From positions 206,206-270,205 of the forward strand of contig QZKH01000002.1 of the NCBI GenBank assembly GCA_003598025.1: 64,000 bases of DNA. The letters run 5' to 3'. Under the pieces are notes generated by a model. That model had not been told where the DNA came from and ran no database searches. It worked only from the letters and a program-made list of their open reading frames with translations. Of the stretch, positions 19,156 through 28,708 are shown piece after piece. A program made the position numbers and the translations under genes. Position 1 is the stretch's first letter. Every line of letters starts with the position of its first letter. The stretch is from Candidatus Omnitrophota bacterium (GTDB lineage Bacteria; Omnitrophota; Gorgyraeia; Gygaellales; Profunditerraquicolaceae).

Positions 19156-19644
19156 ATGCGTTGTCCAAATTGCGGTTTTAAGGAAGATAAGGTTGTAGAT
19201 TCACGGGCGACTTTAGAAGAATCTTCGATAAGGCGCAGGAGGGAATGCCTAAAATGCGGCAAGCGCTTTACAACTTATGAATACGTAGAAGAAGTCTCCC
19301 TGATGGTGATAAAAAAGGATGACAGGCGCGAGCCGTTTGACAGAAAAAAAATACTCAATGGTGTCTTGAAGGCCTGCGAAAAAAGGCCGATCAGTATCGA
19401 GAAGATGGAAGATATAGTTACCGAGGTGGAGCGCTCGATACAGAAAAAATTTGACCGCGAGGTCCCTTCAGCCAGAATTGGAGAATTTGTAATTGAAAGG
19501 CTCAAAAAACTGGATGATGTAGCTTATGTAAGATTTGCTTCCGTATACAGGCAGTTTAAGGACGTGGGGCAATTCATGCAGGAGTTACAGGATATGCTGG
19601 GGACAGGCAAGAATAAAAAGAAATTATCGCAAAGGAAACGTTAA
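19156..19644 (+). CDS. nrdR: Transcriptional repressor NrdR
   Basis: An N-terminal zinc ribbon (MRCPNCG ... CLKCGKRF) is followed by an ATP-cone. Confidence 0.9.
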   Translation: MRCPNCGFKEDKVVDSRATLEESSIRRRRECLKCGKRFTTYEYVEEVSLMVIKKDDRREPFDRKKILNGVLKACEKRPISIEKMEDIVTEVERSIQKKFDREVPSARIGEFVIERLKKLDDVAYVRFASVYRQFKDVGQFMQELQDMLGTGKNKKKLSQRKR

Positions 19645-20057
19645 TGGTTGAGATGGAACTGAACAAGATTGTAATTGATGAAAAGCGGCATGACCAGCTT
19701 ATTGTCCTGAAAGAGAAAGCAGGCACCAGAGTCCTGCCCATAGTTATAGGGCTTAATGAAGCCTCTGCCATAAAACTTAAGATAAGCGGTTTTAATCCTC
19801 CCAGGCCGTTAACTCATGACCTGCTGCATTCTACTATCCAGAACCTTCATGCAACCATCGAGAGGATAATAATAGATAAGCTGGAAGAAAACACTTTCCA
19901 CGCTAAATTAGTCATTAAGGCTGAGTCCGGAGAGACTAAGACTATCGATTGCCGCCCGTCAGACAGTATCGCCCTTGCTGTAAGAGCCCATGCTCCGATT
20001 TTCGTCGAAGACGAAATAATCAATAAATCGGAGATCTTTAACAAAGACAATCAGTAA
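19644..20057 (+). CDS. Bifunctional nuclease (BFN/DUF151) family protein
   Basis: The motif RVLPIVIG..EA.AI precedes PRPLTHDL, as is typical of the BFN domain. Confidence 0.6.
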   Translation: MVEMELNKIVIDEKRHDQLIVLKEKAGTRVLPIVIGLNEASAIKLKISGFNPPRPLTHDLLHSTIQNLHATIERIIIDKLEENTFHAKLVIKAESGETKTIDCRPSDSIALAVRAHAPIFVEDEIINKSEIFNKDNQ

Positions 20058-20066
20058 TACAAACCG

Positions 20067-21509
20067 ATGCCGAACCCATTTTTACATAAAGAAGATGCCT
20101 TACTATTCAGGAAGGTACTCCGGGAATCGCAAAAGCGTAAAATTGATGTTTTCCTGGTAGGAGGCTATATCAGGGACCTGTTCCTTAAACGTAAAAAAGC
20201 GAACCCGGATATAGATTTTTGTCTTAAAAACGGTTCTATAAATTTTGCCAGCGGATTGGCAAAGGATATGAAAGCAGCTTTAGTCATCCTGGACAAAGAA
20301 CATGGTATATGCAGGATCGTAAAGAAACTGGCTAAGAGGGTATATACTTTAGATTTTTCTGATTTTCGCGCAGGCTCAATAGAAGAAGACCTCCTTCAGC
20401 GCGACCTTACTATAAACAGTATCGCACTAAACCTGAAGGATCTGTTTTCTTCCGGTTCTTTAGCCGATATGTTGATAGACCCAAGCGGTGGGTTGGGTGA
20501 TTTAAGAAAGAAAAAGATCCGCGTCTTAGACCCCGCCTCTCTTGACGACGACCCCTTAAGGATATTAAGGGTATTCAGTTTTGCATGCATCCTCGGTTTT
20601 AACATAGAGAAAGATACTATCAGCATGGTCAGGCTCAAGAAAGCAAAGCTTAACTTTTCTTCCCCTGAGCGCATAAGAGATGAGTTATTTAAAATACTGG
20701 AAAGTAATAATACGTTTGCATTTTTCACTGAATTGGATAAATTAAGGATTCTTTCTAAGGTTTTCCCTGAAATTGAGTTGATGCGTGGGGTAAGCCAGGG
20801 TCCTTACCATCATTTGGATGTGTTAAAACACAGTTTTGAGACTCTGCGCCAGTTTGAAGCGCTGGCCGGTAAGATTACCAGCAGGCAGGTAAAAGAATAT
20901 TTATTTCAGAATTTTAGTTCACAGAGGTCAAGATACGCCTTATTGAAACTCGCATCATTTCTCCATGACCTGGGCAAGCCTGAGGCAAAACGCAGGAAAG
21001 GCAATAGAATAAAGTTTTACGGCCATGAGCGTATCGGCAGGGATATGGCTGAAGCAATAGCCAGAAGAATAAGGCTTTCTAATGAGGAAACGGACATTTT
21101 AAAACGCATAATATTCTGGCATTTAAGGCCTGGATACCTGGCTGACCAGCAGGTTGTCACTGCGCGTGCGATTTTCCGTTATTTTAGGGATACCCAGAAC
21201 GAAGCAGCATCGGTATTATTGTTATCCATGGCTGACCAGAGGTCTACCCGTGGCAGGCTTACTTCGGAAGAGTCGCGCAGGAGGCACGAAGAAGTATGCC
21301 GCAAGCTGTTGAGAGAATTTTTTAACAGGCAAAAGCAGGAAAAGCCGGTAAGAATCTTAAACGGCGATGACCTGATAAGCGTTTTTAAGCTTGAGCCCTC
21401 TCCGCTTTTTGCAGATATCTTATCTCATATTGAAGAGCTCCAGGCAATCGGCAAAATAAAAACCAGGCAGCAGGCAATTGATGAGGTAAAAAAATTTTTG
21501 AGGAGATAA
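20067..21509 (+). CDS. tRNA nucleotidyltransferase/poly(A) polymerase family protein with HD domain
   Basis: A PolyA_pol head (VFLVGGYIRDLFL, DIDF) is followed by HD-domain residues (HHLDVLKHS, FLHDLGK). Confidence 0.75.
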   Translation: MPNPFLHKEDALLFRKVLRESQKRKIDVFLVGGYIRDLFLKRKKANPDIDFCLKNGSINFASGLAKDMKAALVILDKEHGICRIVKKLAKRVYTLDFSDFRAGSIEEDLLQRDLTINSIALNLKDLFSSGSLADMLIDPSGGLGDLRKKKIRVLDPASLDDDPLRILRVFSFACILGFNIEKDTISMVRLKKAKLNFSSPERIRDELFKILESNNTFAFFTELDKLRILSKVFPEIELMRGVSQGPYHHLDVLKHSFETLRQFEALAGKITSRQVKEYLFQNFSSQRSRYALLKLASFLHDLGKPEAKRRKGNRIKFYGHERIGRDMAEAIARRIRLSNEETDILKRIIFWHLRPGYLADQQVVTARAIFRYFRDTQNEAASVLLLSMADQRSTRGRLTSEESRRRHEEVCRKLLREFFNRQKQEKPVRILNGDDLISVFKLEPSPLFADILSHIEELQAIGKIKTRQQAIDEVKKFLRR

Positions 21510-21510
21510 T

Positions 21511-22221
21511 ATGGTATTGCTAAAGGGCAGGCTTATACAGCGTATCCAAAGGACCCCGTCAGTAGTATCCTTCAGGGTAAAGCCGGATACAGGCATAGAG
21601 TTTATCCCGGGCCAGTTTTTACGGGTTGTCTTTGACGAGTCAAACATTGAGAATAAAGATATGAATAAATATTTGTCTTTTTCTTCATCCCCATTAAGGC
21701 CGTATATTGAATTCACAAAAAGGATAACAGATAGTGCTTTCTCAAAAAAACTTTTTGGCCTTAAGATTAACGATCAGATAAATTTTAGCGGCCCTTTCGG
21801 CCAGTGTGTCCTTAAGGAGGATTACAAAAAAATTGCTTTTTTAACCGGCGGGATAGGCATAACTCCGGTAGTATCTATGATCGATTATATATGCGAGAAG
21901 AAGATGAGTATTGATACGGTGCTTTTTTATTCTAACCGTACCGAGGATGAGATCGCTTTTAAGCCGGAGCTTGATTCTTTCCAGAATAAAAATCATAATA
22001 TCAAGATATTTTACACTATAACCGATTGCTTCCCGAAAGATAATAAATGCTTATACGGCTTTATCAATAAAAATATGATCTATCAGAAGCTTACGGATTT
22101 CAGGGAAAGGAAGATATTTGTTTTTGGCCCGGGCGGCATGGTCACGGCGATGAAAAACCTTTGCCTGGAGATGGGTTGCGACAGCCGGAATTTAAAGACC
22201 GAAACTTTCATAGGTTATTAA
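21511..22221 (+). CDS. FAD/NAD(P)-binding oxidoreductase (ferredoxin-NADP reductase-like, PyrK-like)
   Basis: A PGQFL..V FAD-binding beta-barrel is followed by a GGIGITP NAD-binding motif. There is no Fe-S domain. Confidence 0.5.
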   Translation: MVLLKGRLIQRIQRTPSVVSFRVKPDTGIEFIPGQFLRVVFDESNIENKDMNKYLSFSSSPLRPYIEFTKRITDSAFSKKLFGLKINDQINFSGPFGQCVLKEDYKKIAFLTGGIGITPVVSMIDYICEKKMSIDTVLFYSNRTEDEIAFKPELDSFQNKNHNIKIFYTITDCFPKDNKCLYGFINKNMIYQKLTDFRERKIFVFGPGGMVTAMKNLCLEMGCDSRNLKTETFIGY

Positions 22222-22231
22222 AGGAAACAGC

Positions 22232-23173
22232 ATGATATTAATCAAGAATACGAAGGTTGAAGTTGTAAAGGCGGACATTACCCGGTTAAAAGTAGATGCA
22301 ATAGTAAACGCAGCAAATAATAAGCTGGTCATGGGAGGCGGAGTTGCTGCAGCTATAAAGAGGAGAGGCGGCGTAGATATTGAAAAAGAGGCAGTAAGCC
22401 TCGGTCCTATCGAAATAGGCCAGGCTATAGCTACTTCCGCAGGAGCTCTTGACGCTAAGTATGTTATTCACGCTGCTACTATGGGTCTGGATTTTAAAAC
22501 AAACGAACAGATAATCCGTTCCTCTTGCAGGAATTCCCTTAAACTTGCAGCTGAAATGAAAATTGAATCAATCGCTTTTCCCGCATTAGGCTGCGGGGTG
22601 GGGGGCTTTCCGCTGTTAGCTTGCGCCAAGATAATGGCCCAGGAAGCGCTTAAGCATATCAGGCAGGAGAATACCTCGCTGCGCCAGATAATTTTCTGCG
22701 CTTATAATGATGAGGACTATTCAGTATTTAATAAAGGCGTATCCGGCTACCTTGATTATGTTGTTAATAATTTAGGGCAGGGGCCATATATAACTGTTGA
22801 CGCGATAATAGAAATAGATGATTCTATCGTAATTATCCAGAGGAGCAACCCGCCGTTCGGCTGGGCGCTTCCCGGAGGTTTCGTTGATTATGGAGAGAGC
22901 CTTGAAGACGCGGTTATCAGGGAAGCAAAAGAAGAGACGAATATGGAGATTACCCAGCTGAAACAATTCAGGACTTATTCAGACCCTGACAGAGATCCGC
23001 GTTTTCATACCATAGGGACTGTTTTTATCGCTAAGGCTAAAGGAAACCCGCGCGCCGGTGATGATGCAAAGGGGCTCAAAGTCATTCCTTTAAAAGATAT
23101 AAAAAAGTTTGATTTTGCTTTTGACCACGGCAGGATAATCGAGGATTATATAAAAGCAAGGAGAGCAAAATAA
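22232..23173 (+). CDS. Fusion: Macro domain (ADP-ribose/O-acetyl-ADP-ribose binding) + NUDIX hydrolase
   Basis: The N-terminal half has macro motifs (VNAANNKL, GGGVAAAI). The C-terminal half has a Nudix box (GGFVDYGESLEDAVIREAKEETNMEI). Confidence 0.7.
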   Translation: MILIKNTKVEVVKADITRLKVDAIVNAANNKLVMGGGVAAAIKRRGGVDIEKEAVSLGPIEIGQAIATSAGALDAKYVIHAATMGLDFKTNEQIIRSSCRNSLKLAAEMKIESIAFPALGCGVGGFPLLACAKIMAQEALKHIRQENTSLRQIIFCAYNDEDYSVFNKGVSGYLDYVVNNLGQGPYITVDAIIEIDDSIVIIQRSNPPFGWALPGGFVDYGESLEDAVIREAKEETNMEITQLKQFRTYSDPDRDPRFHTIGTVFIAKAKGNPRAGDDAKGLKVIPLKDIKKFDFAFDHGRIIEDYIKARRAK

Positions 23174-23178
23174 GAAGC

Positions 23179-23601
23179 TTGTTTTTCAGCGGCATAATTT
23201 TCTTTTCAGCCTGTATGATTTCAAGTCTTGGCTGTGCTAAAAACACGCACAAGAAAGTCTGTATAAAGAATGCCTGTATATCGGCTGAAATTGCGGATAC
23301 AGAAGGCAAAAGAACCAGGGGTTTAATGTTCCGGAAGGGTTTAGGCGGGGATGCAGGCATGCTCTTTGTTTATGAAAAAAATGTGCGTCCGTCATTTTGG
23401 ATGAAAAACATGCGTTTTCCGTTAGATATAATCTGGATAGATAAGGACCATAGGATAGTTGATGTTGTTTCTGATGTTCAGCCCTGCACCGATGATTGCG
23501 CATTACTGGTTTCGGATAGAGAGGTGCAATTCATACTTGAGGTAGAGTCGGGATTTGTAAGAAGGCATAATATAAAGCTGGGAGAACTTGTTGAGTTTTA
23601 A
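23179..23601 (+). CDS. DUF192 family protein, secreted
   Basis: A signal peptide is followed by the motifs RTRGLMFR, GMLFVY and LDIIWID. Confidence 0.55.
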   Translation: MFFSGIIFFSACMISSLGCAKNTHKKVCIKNACISAEIADTEGKRTRGLMFRKGLGGDAGMLFVYEKNVRPSFWMKNMRFPLDIIWIDKDHRIVDVVSDVQPCTDDCALLVSDREVQFILEVESGFVRRHNIKLGELVEF

Positions 23602-25472
23602 CCTTCCCGCAGTTGTTTTTCCGCATCCACAATATCACGGTTGATCACGCGTATTGTTTCATGGATTTTTTCTTTTAAGACATGTGAAATAGGGCAGGTG
23701 GCTATTTCTCTCAACACCTGTACGCTCATCCTGAAATAGCGTATAACTTCTCCTTCGTCGGTATCGGTCATCTGGAGGGTTTTGTTAAAGTTAGTTCCTC
23801 TTAACCAGGCTTCCATGCAGGCGCTTAAGTGAAAGAATGGCTGTTTGCTTACGGGATAGATTCTATAACGGCGTTCTTTTTCTTTTATCTTCTCAAAGAT
23901 ATCTTCGCATATATGCCTTATCCTTTTAGTGTTTTTTGATAAAGTAAGGATATGCTGGTTTTTCCTCGGCTCAAATACAACTCCCGCGGCAATGATCCCT
24001 AAGCCAAATTCATCCAGTTGCTCAAGGACCTGCTCCTCAAATAATTCAGAAAGCACCAATTCATACCCGTATACAGACTTAGCAAATTTCCCTTTTTCCG
24101 TGAGATGGCCGTCGTAGATATAGCCCATATCCTTAAGCAATTTTATCTTTGCGTCTATCAGCCTTAACGCCTCTCTTTGGTCATGGCTTTTGGATTGAAA
24201 ATAATGGAATGAAAGCGGGTATACCCTGTGGACTTCGTCTTTATATCTTTCGTAAAGGTTTAATATGGTAGCGTAGGAATTATTCAGCTGGCTCCTTACT
24301 TCTTCAGGCCTGCCGTAAATGATGCGCTTCGTATCTTCGGGTGATATCCTGTTAGGATTTACGCGGCAGTAGACAAAACCCTCTTTATCTATTCCTCTTC
24401 TTCCTGCGCGGCCCGCCATCTGGTAAAAATCCCTGGTTTTTAAGTTCCTGAAGAACCTGCCGTAGTATTTGCGCAGGTCGTCGAACATAACGCTGCGGCT
24501 GGGCATATTTATCCCCAGGGCAAAGGTCTCGGTGGTAAATATTATTTTTAAAAGCCTGCTGGTAAAAAGCCTTTCAATCACTTCTTTTAAGGTTGGCAGC
24601 ATGCCAGCATGATGGTAGGCGATACCTTTTTGTACAAGGGTAAATATTGCCTGGGCGGATTTTTCGTGTGTCAGGCTGAATTTTTCACAGAGCAAATTAA
24701 AAAGAGCAATGATTTTTTCTTTCTCCTGCGAGCTCAGGAAATTGTACCCTGATAATTCAAAGGCAAGCTCTTCGGCCCTGCGCCTGCCGAATACAAAATA
24801 AATTCCGGGCAGGCCGTCTTTTTGCTTTACGTAATTTATCAAAGCATTAAATTTGTTTGGGCGCGGATTCTTCGTCCTCCTGATCTTATTGATGTTGTCC
24901 AGTATCTCATTATTCGATTGGAAGAAAAAATGCAGGGGGACGGGGCGTTTTTCCTCAATGACCATCTTGGTCGGTTTTTTGCGTATTGTTTCTATCCATT
25001 GGGCAAAGAATTTTATATTTGGTATAGTGGCTGATAGGCCCAGGAGATTTAAATGTTCGGGCATAAAAATCAACGATTCTTCCCAGACTGTGCCGCGTTC
25101 AGGGTTATCAATGTAGTGTATCTCATCAAAGATCACCCAGGAATATTTTTTCAGGCTTAGCGGCTCCTCAAGTATCTTATTGCGCAGGATCTCCGTGGTC
25201 ATTATAAGCACAGGGGCATCCGGGTTAATGGATACATCGCCGGTAAGTATCCCTATTTTTTCTGAAAAGTTATCGTAGAAATCGCGGAATTTCTGGTTAG
25301 AGAGCGCTTTTATCGGTGCGGTATAAATTACGCCGGTATTTAATTTTATGGACTCGCTTATTACATGCTCTGCTATTGCTGTTTTGCCTGCGCCTGTTGG
25401 AGCCGAGACTATTACAGAATAGCCCTGATTTATGTAATTTATAGCTTCTTCTTGAAACCGGTCATATATCAT
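23598..25472 (-). CDS. Ski2-like DEAD/DEAH-box superfamily-2 helicase
   Basis: Walker A APTGAGKT, motif II DEIHY and the Ski2-type motif AYHHAGMLP are present, with arginine-finger QxxGRAGR. Confidence 0.8.
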   Translation of the reverse strand: MIYDRFQEEAINYINQGYSVIVSAPTGAGKTAIAEHVISESIKLNTGVIYTAPIKALSNQKFRDFYDNFSEKIGILTGDVSINPDAPVLIMTTEILRNKILEEPLSLKKYSWVIFDEIHYIDNPERGTVWEESLIFMPEHLNLLGLSATIPNIKFFAQWIETIRKKPTKMVIEEKRPVPLHFFFQSNNEILDNINKIRRTKNPRPNKFNALINYVKQKDGLPGIYFVFGRRRAEELAFELSGYNFLSSQEKEKIIALFNLLCEKFSLTHEKSAQAIFTLVQKGIAYHHAGMLPTLKEVIERLFTSRLLKIIFTTETFALGINMPSRSVMFDDLRKYYGRFFRNLKTRDFYQMAGRAGRRGIDKEGFVYCRVNPNRISPEDTKRIIYGRPEEVRSQLNNSYATILNLYERYKDEVHRVYPLSFHYFQSKSHDQREALRLIDAKIKLLKDMGYIYDGHLTEKGKFAKSVYGYELVLSELFEEQVLEQLDEFGLGIIAAGVVFEPRKNQHILTLSKNTKRIRHICEDIFEKIKEKERRYRIYPVSKQPFFHLSACMEAWLRGTNFNKTLQMTDTDEGEVIRYFRMSVQVLREIATCPISHVLKEKIHETIRVINRDIVDAEKQLREG

Positions 25473-25475
25473 AGT

Positions 25476-25567
25476 ATTAGTTCATGGTTCATAGTTCATA
25501 GATTAGTTCACAGTGCACAGTTCGCAGAGCACAGATTAGTTCATGGTTCACGGTTCATGGAGTACAG
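25476..25567. repeat. Heptamer-repeat array, forward orientation (about 13 units; attagttcaYRG sub-repeats)
   Basis: Seen directly between the helicase start and the downstream minus-strand ORF. Confidence 0.7.
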
Positions 25568-26380
25568 TTATTGAATTTGTTTTATAAATTTAATAAATCT
25601 TCTTGTATAGAGCGTGTAAAAGAATGAAGTGTCATTAACATATTGACCCTCGGAGATACGGCTTGAAGACTTATTCCAATATAGAACATTTGAAAACAAG
25701 CCTATATTTCTAAGTTCCCTTACCGCTGAATCAGTTAATTCAGGGGAGTATTGGAATTTCTGATGTGTTTCTGTTACGACATCTCTTATTATAATCTGCG
25801 GTAATGAAATTGTACTCTCTAATTGTTTATCATACTTTTCATAAATAGCATATAGTACATTTAATGCCACCTTGCTTAAATGCCTAATTAAATCAATAAA
25901 TCGTAATTTTTCATCTTCTGAAACATTCCTATCGGAAGCATTAAATAGGGCATTAACAAATATTTCTTGCTTGTCCATATATTCTGCGTTTAATGCTGTC
26001 TCCATTATTTTAATACAAAACAACTGTCCTTCTTGTGTATTAAAATATTCCTGCAGTTTATTTTTGAATTCGTCATTAAGGTTATTAATTCTATTTTCAA
26101 GATGCCCCAACATTTGAATTCGAGTTTGTTCTTTTATGGAATCTTGACATTTTTCTAATCCTTCTACCAAATCCCCCCATAGCGGGACCCTTTTTGCGAA
26201 GCTTTTTACAGCTCCCCAAAGTCCTGATTTTACGGCTAAGAGCCGGTTTGTTCTAATGTTTTCTTTATTCATCAGTTCGTTTACAAAGTTATTTGTAGAG
26301 ACTATGGCGTGAAGGAACAATAAATTTGGACCCCCCACCATTCTTTCTTTAGTTACTTTTAACCATGAACTATGAACCAT
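25568..26380 (-). CDS. Hypothetical protein, AT-rich, no recognised domain
   Basis: A 270-aa ORF on the minus strand lies in a visibly AT-rich segment bracketed by heptamer arrays of opposite orientation. The start codon lies inside the right-hand array. Confidence 0.5.
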   Translation of the reverse strand: MVHSSWLKVTKERMVGGPNLLFLHAIVSTNNFVNELMNKENIRTNRLLAVKSGLWGAVKSFAKRVPLWGDLVEGLEKCQDSIKEQTRIQMLGHLENRINNLNDEFKNKLQEYFNTQEGQLFCIKIMETALNAEYMDKQEIFVNALFNASDRNVSEDEKLRFIDLIRHLSKVALNVLYAIYEKYDKQLESTISLPQIIIRDVVTETHQKFQYSPELTDSAVRELRNIGLFSNVLYWNKSSSRISEGQYVNDTSFFYTLYTRRFIKFIKQIQ

Positions 26381-26393
26381 CAACTATGAACTA
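26361..26393. repeat. Heptamer-repeat array, reverse orientation (aaccatgaactatgaaccatcaactatgaactaa)
   Basis: Seen directly. It is the inverted partner of the 25476..25567 array. Confidence 0.7.
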
Positions 26394-26397
26394 ACCT

Positions 26398-26570
26398 ATC
26401 CCACAGCTATAATCCCGGGATAAGTTCGGTCCTATAACTTACGTTCTACGCCTACGGCGTATCCGTAAGTTATGACCTCACAAATCCCACAGCTATAATC
26501 CCGGGATAAGTTCGCGCATACAATTTACGTTCGCCGCCTTTGGCGCCTCCGTAAATTGTGCGCTCACTTA
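26398..26570 (+). ncRNA. Two tandem 86-bp structured units (candidate small RNA genes or recombination sites). Each has a conserved 31-nt leader containing TATAAT and the palindrome ATCCCGGGAT, followed by a hairpin whose stems co-vary.
   Basis: The leader atcccacagctataatcccgggataagttcg is identical in both units. The unit A stem pairs ATAACTTACG with CGTAAGTTAT, and the unit B stem pairs ACAATTTACG with CGTAAATTGT. These differ by two compensated base pairs (T-A to C-G and C-G to T-A). The strand is not determined. Confidence 0.4.
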
Positions 26571-26585
26571 TTATATTCTAAAAAC

Positions 26586-26614
26586 ATTGATTTATCTATT
26601 ATTAAATAGTAGAA
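26586..26614 (+). promoter_or_regulatory. Sigma70-like promoter (TTGATT-N17-TAGAAT) for the downstream gene
   Basis: The spacing and hexamers are seen directly. An AAGGGG RBS follows, about 4 nt before the ATG at 26623. Confidence 0.35.
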
Positions 26615-26622
26615 TAAGGGGC

Positions 26623-27174
26623 ATGAGTTATGAGGTGGCGCTGAATAAGGCATGGCTAGATATTGCTAACCTTAATGTTACCAAGAATTTATCGGTAAAA
26701 TTTCTTGGTGATGAGTATTCGGTTGATACAGAAAACAGGGTAATCCTGTCTTTGGCTTGTAACGTAAAAACGAAAGACTATAGGACAATACTTATCCTGC
26801 ATTATTTGAAGAAAAAAATATCAGGTTTGCCTTTATTAAGCGGTAACTGGAAGAATTTCAGAGAGATAGCCTTGATCGAAGGCTATCACGATACATTCAG
26901 GAACAGGGTGCTTAAGCCGTTAATAAGGAAATACGGCAGGAACCCGGAAGGAATTTCTGATTCGATTAAGCGCTTCAAAGCCAGAATGGTTAATAAGGCA
27001 GATGTGGCTTTTGAGGTTGAGGTTTTTGAGGGTGTTCCTGTCTTGATAGAGTTATGGCGCCAGGACGAAGAGTTTGAGGCAGAGGCAAATCTCCTTTTTG
27101 ACGCGAGTATTACCGATATTTTCTGCATAGAAGACATTGTGGTATTGGCTGAGACAGTAGCAGCAGCACTTTAG
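26623..27174 (+). CDS. Hypothetical protein (possibly DUF3786-like)
   Basis: A 183-aa ORF begins MSYEVALNKAW. The family assignment is from memory only. Confidence 0.4.
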   Translation: MSYEVALNKAWLDIANLNVTKNLSVKFLGDEYSVDTENRVILSLACNVKTKDYRTILILHYLKKKISGLPLLSGNWKNFREIALIEGYHDTFRNRVLKPLIRKYGRNPEGISDSIKRFKARMVNKADVAFEVEVFEGVPVLIELWRQDEEFEAEANLLFDASITDIFCIEDIVVLAETVAAAL

Positions 27175-27177
27175 CGG

Positions 27178-27744
27178 GTGAAAATGCGTATCTATAAAAT
27201 AACTTTAATAGTTCTGACGTTGGTTGCCGGAGCTATTTGTGTTTTTCTAGAGAGCAGTATTTCTTATGCCGAAGAAGCAAAGATTTCTTTTCCCGTCGGC
27301 AAAGGTTATGATTATAACAACATACTCGTAAAAAGAGTTATTGACGGAGATACCTTGCTGCTTGAGGACGGCCAAAGGGTACGTATGATAGGCATTGATA
27401 CTCCGGAAATACACGAATCAAGAAAACTTTATCGTGACAGCAAGAAAAATAGCCAGGATGTAGAAGCAATAAAAAACATGGGAAGAAAGTCGTACGAATT
27501 TACAAAGAAACTTATTGAAGGCAAAATGGCCAGGCTTGAGTTTGATGTTGAGAGAAAAGACAGGTACGGCCGGCTGCTTGCTTATGTTTACCTGCATGAT
27601 GGCACATTTGTAAATGCCGAGATAGTCAGGCAGGGCTACGCCTCTTTATTAACAATACCGCCTAATGTAAAATTTGCTGATATGTTCCTGCAGCTGTATC
27701 GTCAAGCCCGCGAAAAGCAAGTAGGCCTCTGGAGGGAAGAATGA
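27178..27744 (+). CDS. Secreted thermonuclease (staphylococcal-nuclease-like, SNase fold)
   Basis: A signal peptide is followed by the motifs DGDTLLL..G..VRMIGIDTPE and RYGRLLAYVY. Confidence 0.8.
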   Translation: MKMRIYKITLIVLTLVAGAICVFLESSISYAEEAKISFPVGKGYDYNNILVKRVIDGDTLLLEDGQRVRMIGIDTPEIHESRKLYRDSKKNSQDVEAIKNMGRKSYEFTKKLIEGKMARLEFDVERKDRYGRLLAYVYLHDGTFVNAEIVRQGYASLLTIPPNVKFADMFLQLYRQAREKQVGLWREE

Positions 27745-28661
27745 GCCCGATAAGAGTAATAAGCAAAAAAATGGGTGAGCTTTTAATTGAAAGGGGCATC
27801 ATCAGCCAGGAAAACCTGCAGGTAGCGCTTAGGGTGCAAAAGGAAAAAGGCGGCTACATAAGCCAGCACCTGATCGGACTTGGATATGTAACTGAATTTG
27901 ACGTCGCAAATTGCCTGGCAAGCCAATACGGTTTTGCCTATCTGCCTCTTGAAAATTACAGCATCCCGGATAAGGTCTTAAATATACTGCCTCTTAAGAT
28001 CATACGCATATATTGCCTTATGCCGATAGACAAAATCGGCAATGCCCTCACTGTGACGATGGCTGATCCTTTGAATGACGGGGTTATAGAGATGCTTAAA
28101 CATATTACCAACTGTGAAATAAAAGTATTTATAAGCACATACAGCGAGCTATATAAGGCTATAGATAAATATTACGGCAAAAATATGAATGAATCCGAAG
28201 AGGCAAGCATGGAGAGAAAAGACCTTCTCCGCGAGAATATCGTTCATTCTTTTATACAGACAAAAAGCTATGCCGGGGTGGAAAGGCGCAGGGATATAAG
28301 GATAGATGTAGATGGATTAAGCCTGTTGTATTTTCTTGAGGGCAAAGAATACAAAGCCGTGGTGCGCAATATTAGTTATTATGGGGTATATTTTACATGC
28401 GATTCATTTCTGCCCATAGATACGAATCTTTATACCAATATTGTTTGTAAGATACAAATGCAGGATGAAGTGCTTCATTCTGTCGTCCAGGTTGTCAGGG
28501 TGGAGAGGAAGAAAGGCGATGATAACCCCGATAACGTTTCGCCTTCCTGGCACTACGGTATCGCGGGTTTTTATAATTTTATGACCAAGGATGACAGGCA
28601 TAAGCTCGCTGTGTTTTTAAGCGAGCTTCTGAAAAAACGCGATGCCGGAAGCAAAGATTAA
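27741..28661 (+). CDS. c-di-GMP effector: MshEN/T2SSE_N domain + PilZ domain
   Basis: The N-terminal half matches the GspE-N/MshEN fold (LIERGIISQENLQVAL...). The C-terminal half has the PilZ motifs RRRDIRIDV and N.S..G. Confidence 0.6.
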   Translation: MSPIRVISKKMGELLIERGIISQENLQVALRVQKEKGGYISQHLIGLGYVTEFDVANCLASQYGFAYLPLENYSIPDKVLNILPLKIIRIYCLMPIDKIGNALTVTMADPLNDGVIEMLKHITNCEIKVFISTYSELYKAIDKYYGKNMNESEEASMERKDLLRENIVHSFIQTKSYAGVERRRDIRIDVDGLSLLYFLEGKEYKAVVRNISYYGVYFTCDSFLPIDTNLYTNIVCKIQMQDEVLHSVVQVVRVERKKGDDNPDNVSPSWHYGIAGFYNFMTKDDRHKLAVFLSELLKKRDAGSKD

Positions 28662-28708
28662 TCAAAGACCCGCCGCAGGTTATTGGCGGCCTGATAGAGG
28701 AGGATAAA

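Noticed and set aside
26398-26570. Possible CRISPR array (tandem repeats with an intervening unique sequence)
   Set aside because: There are only two units. The variable parts are homologous hairpins of each other, not unrelated spacers. The conserved part is 31 nt with a TATAAT box, and no cas genes are present in the window.
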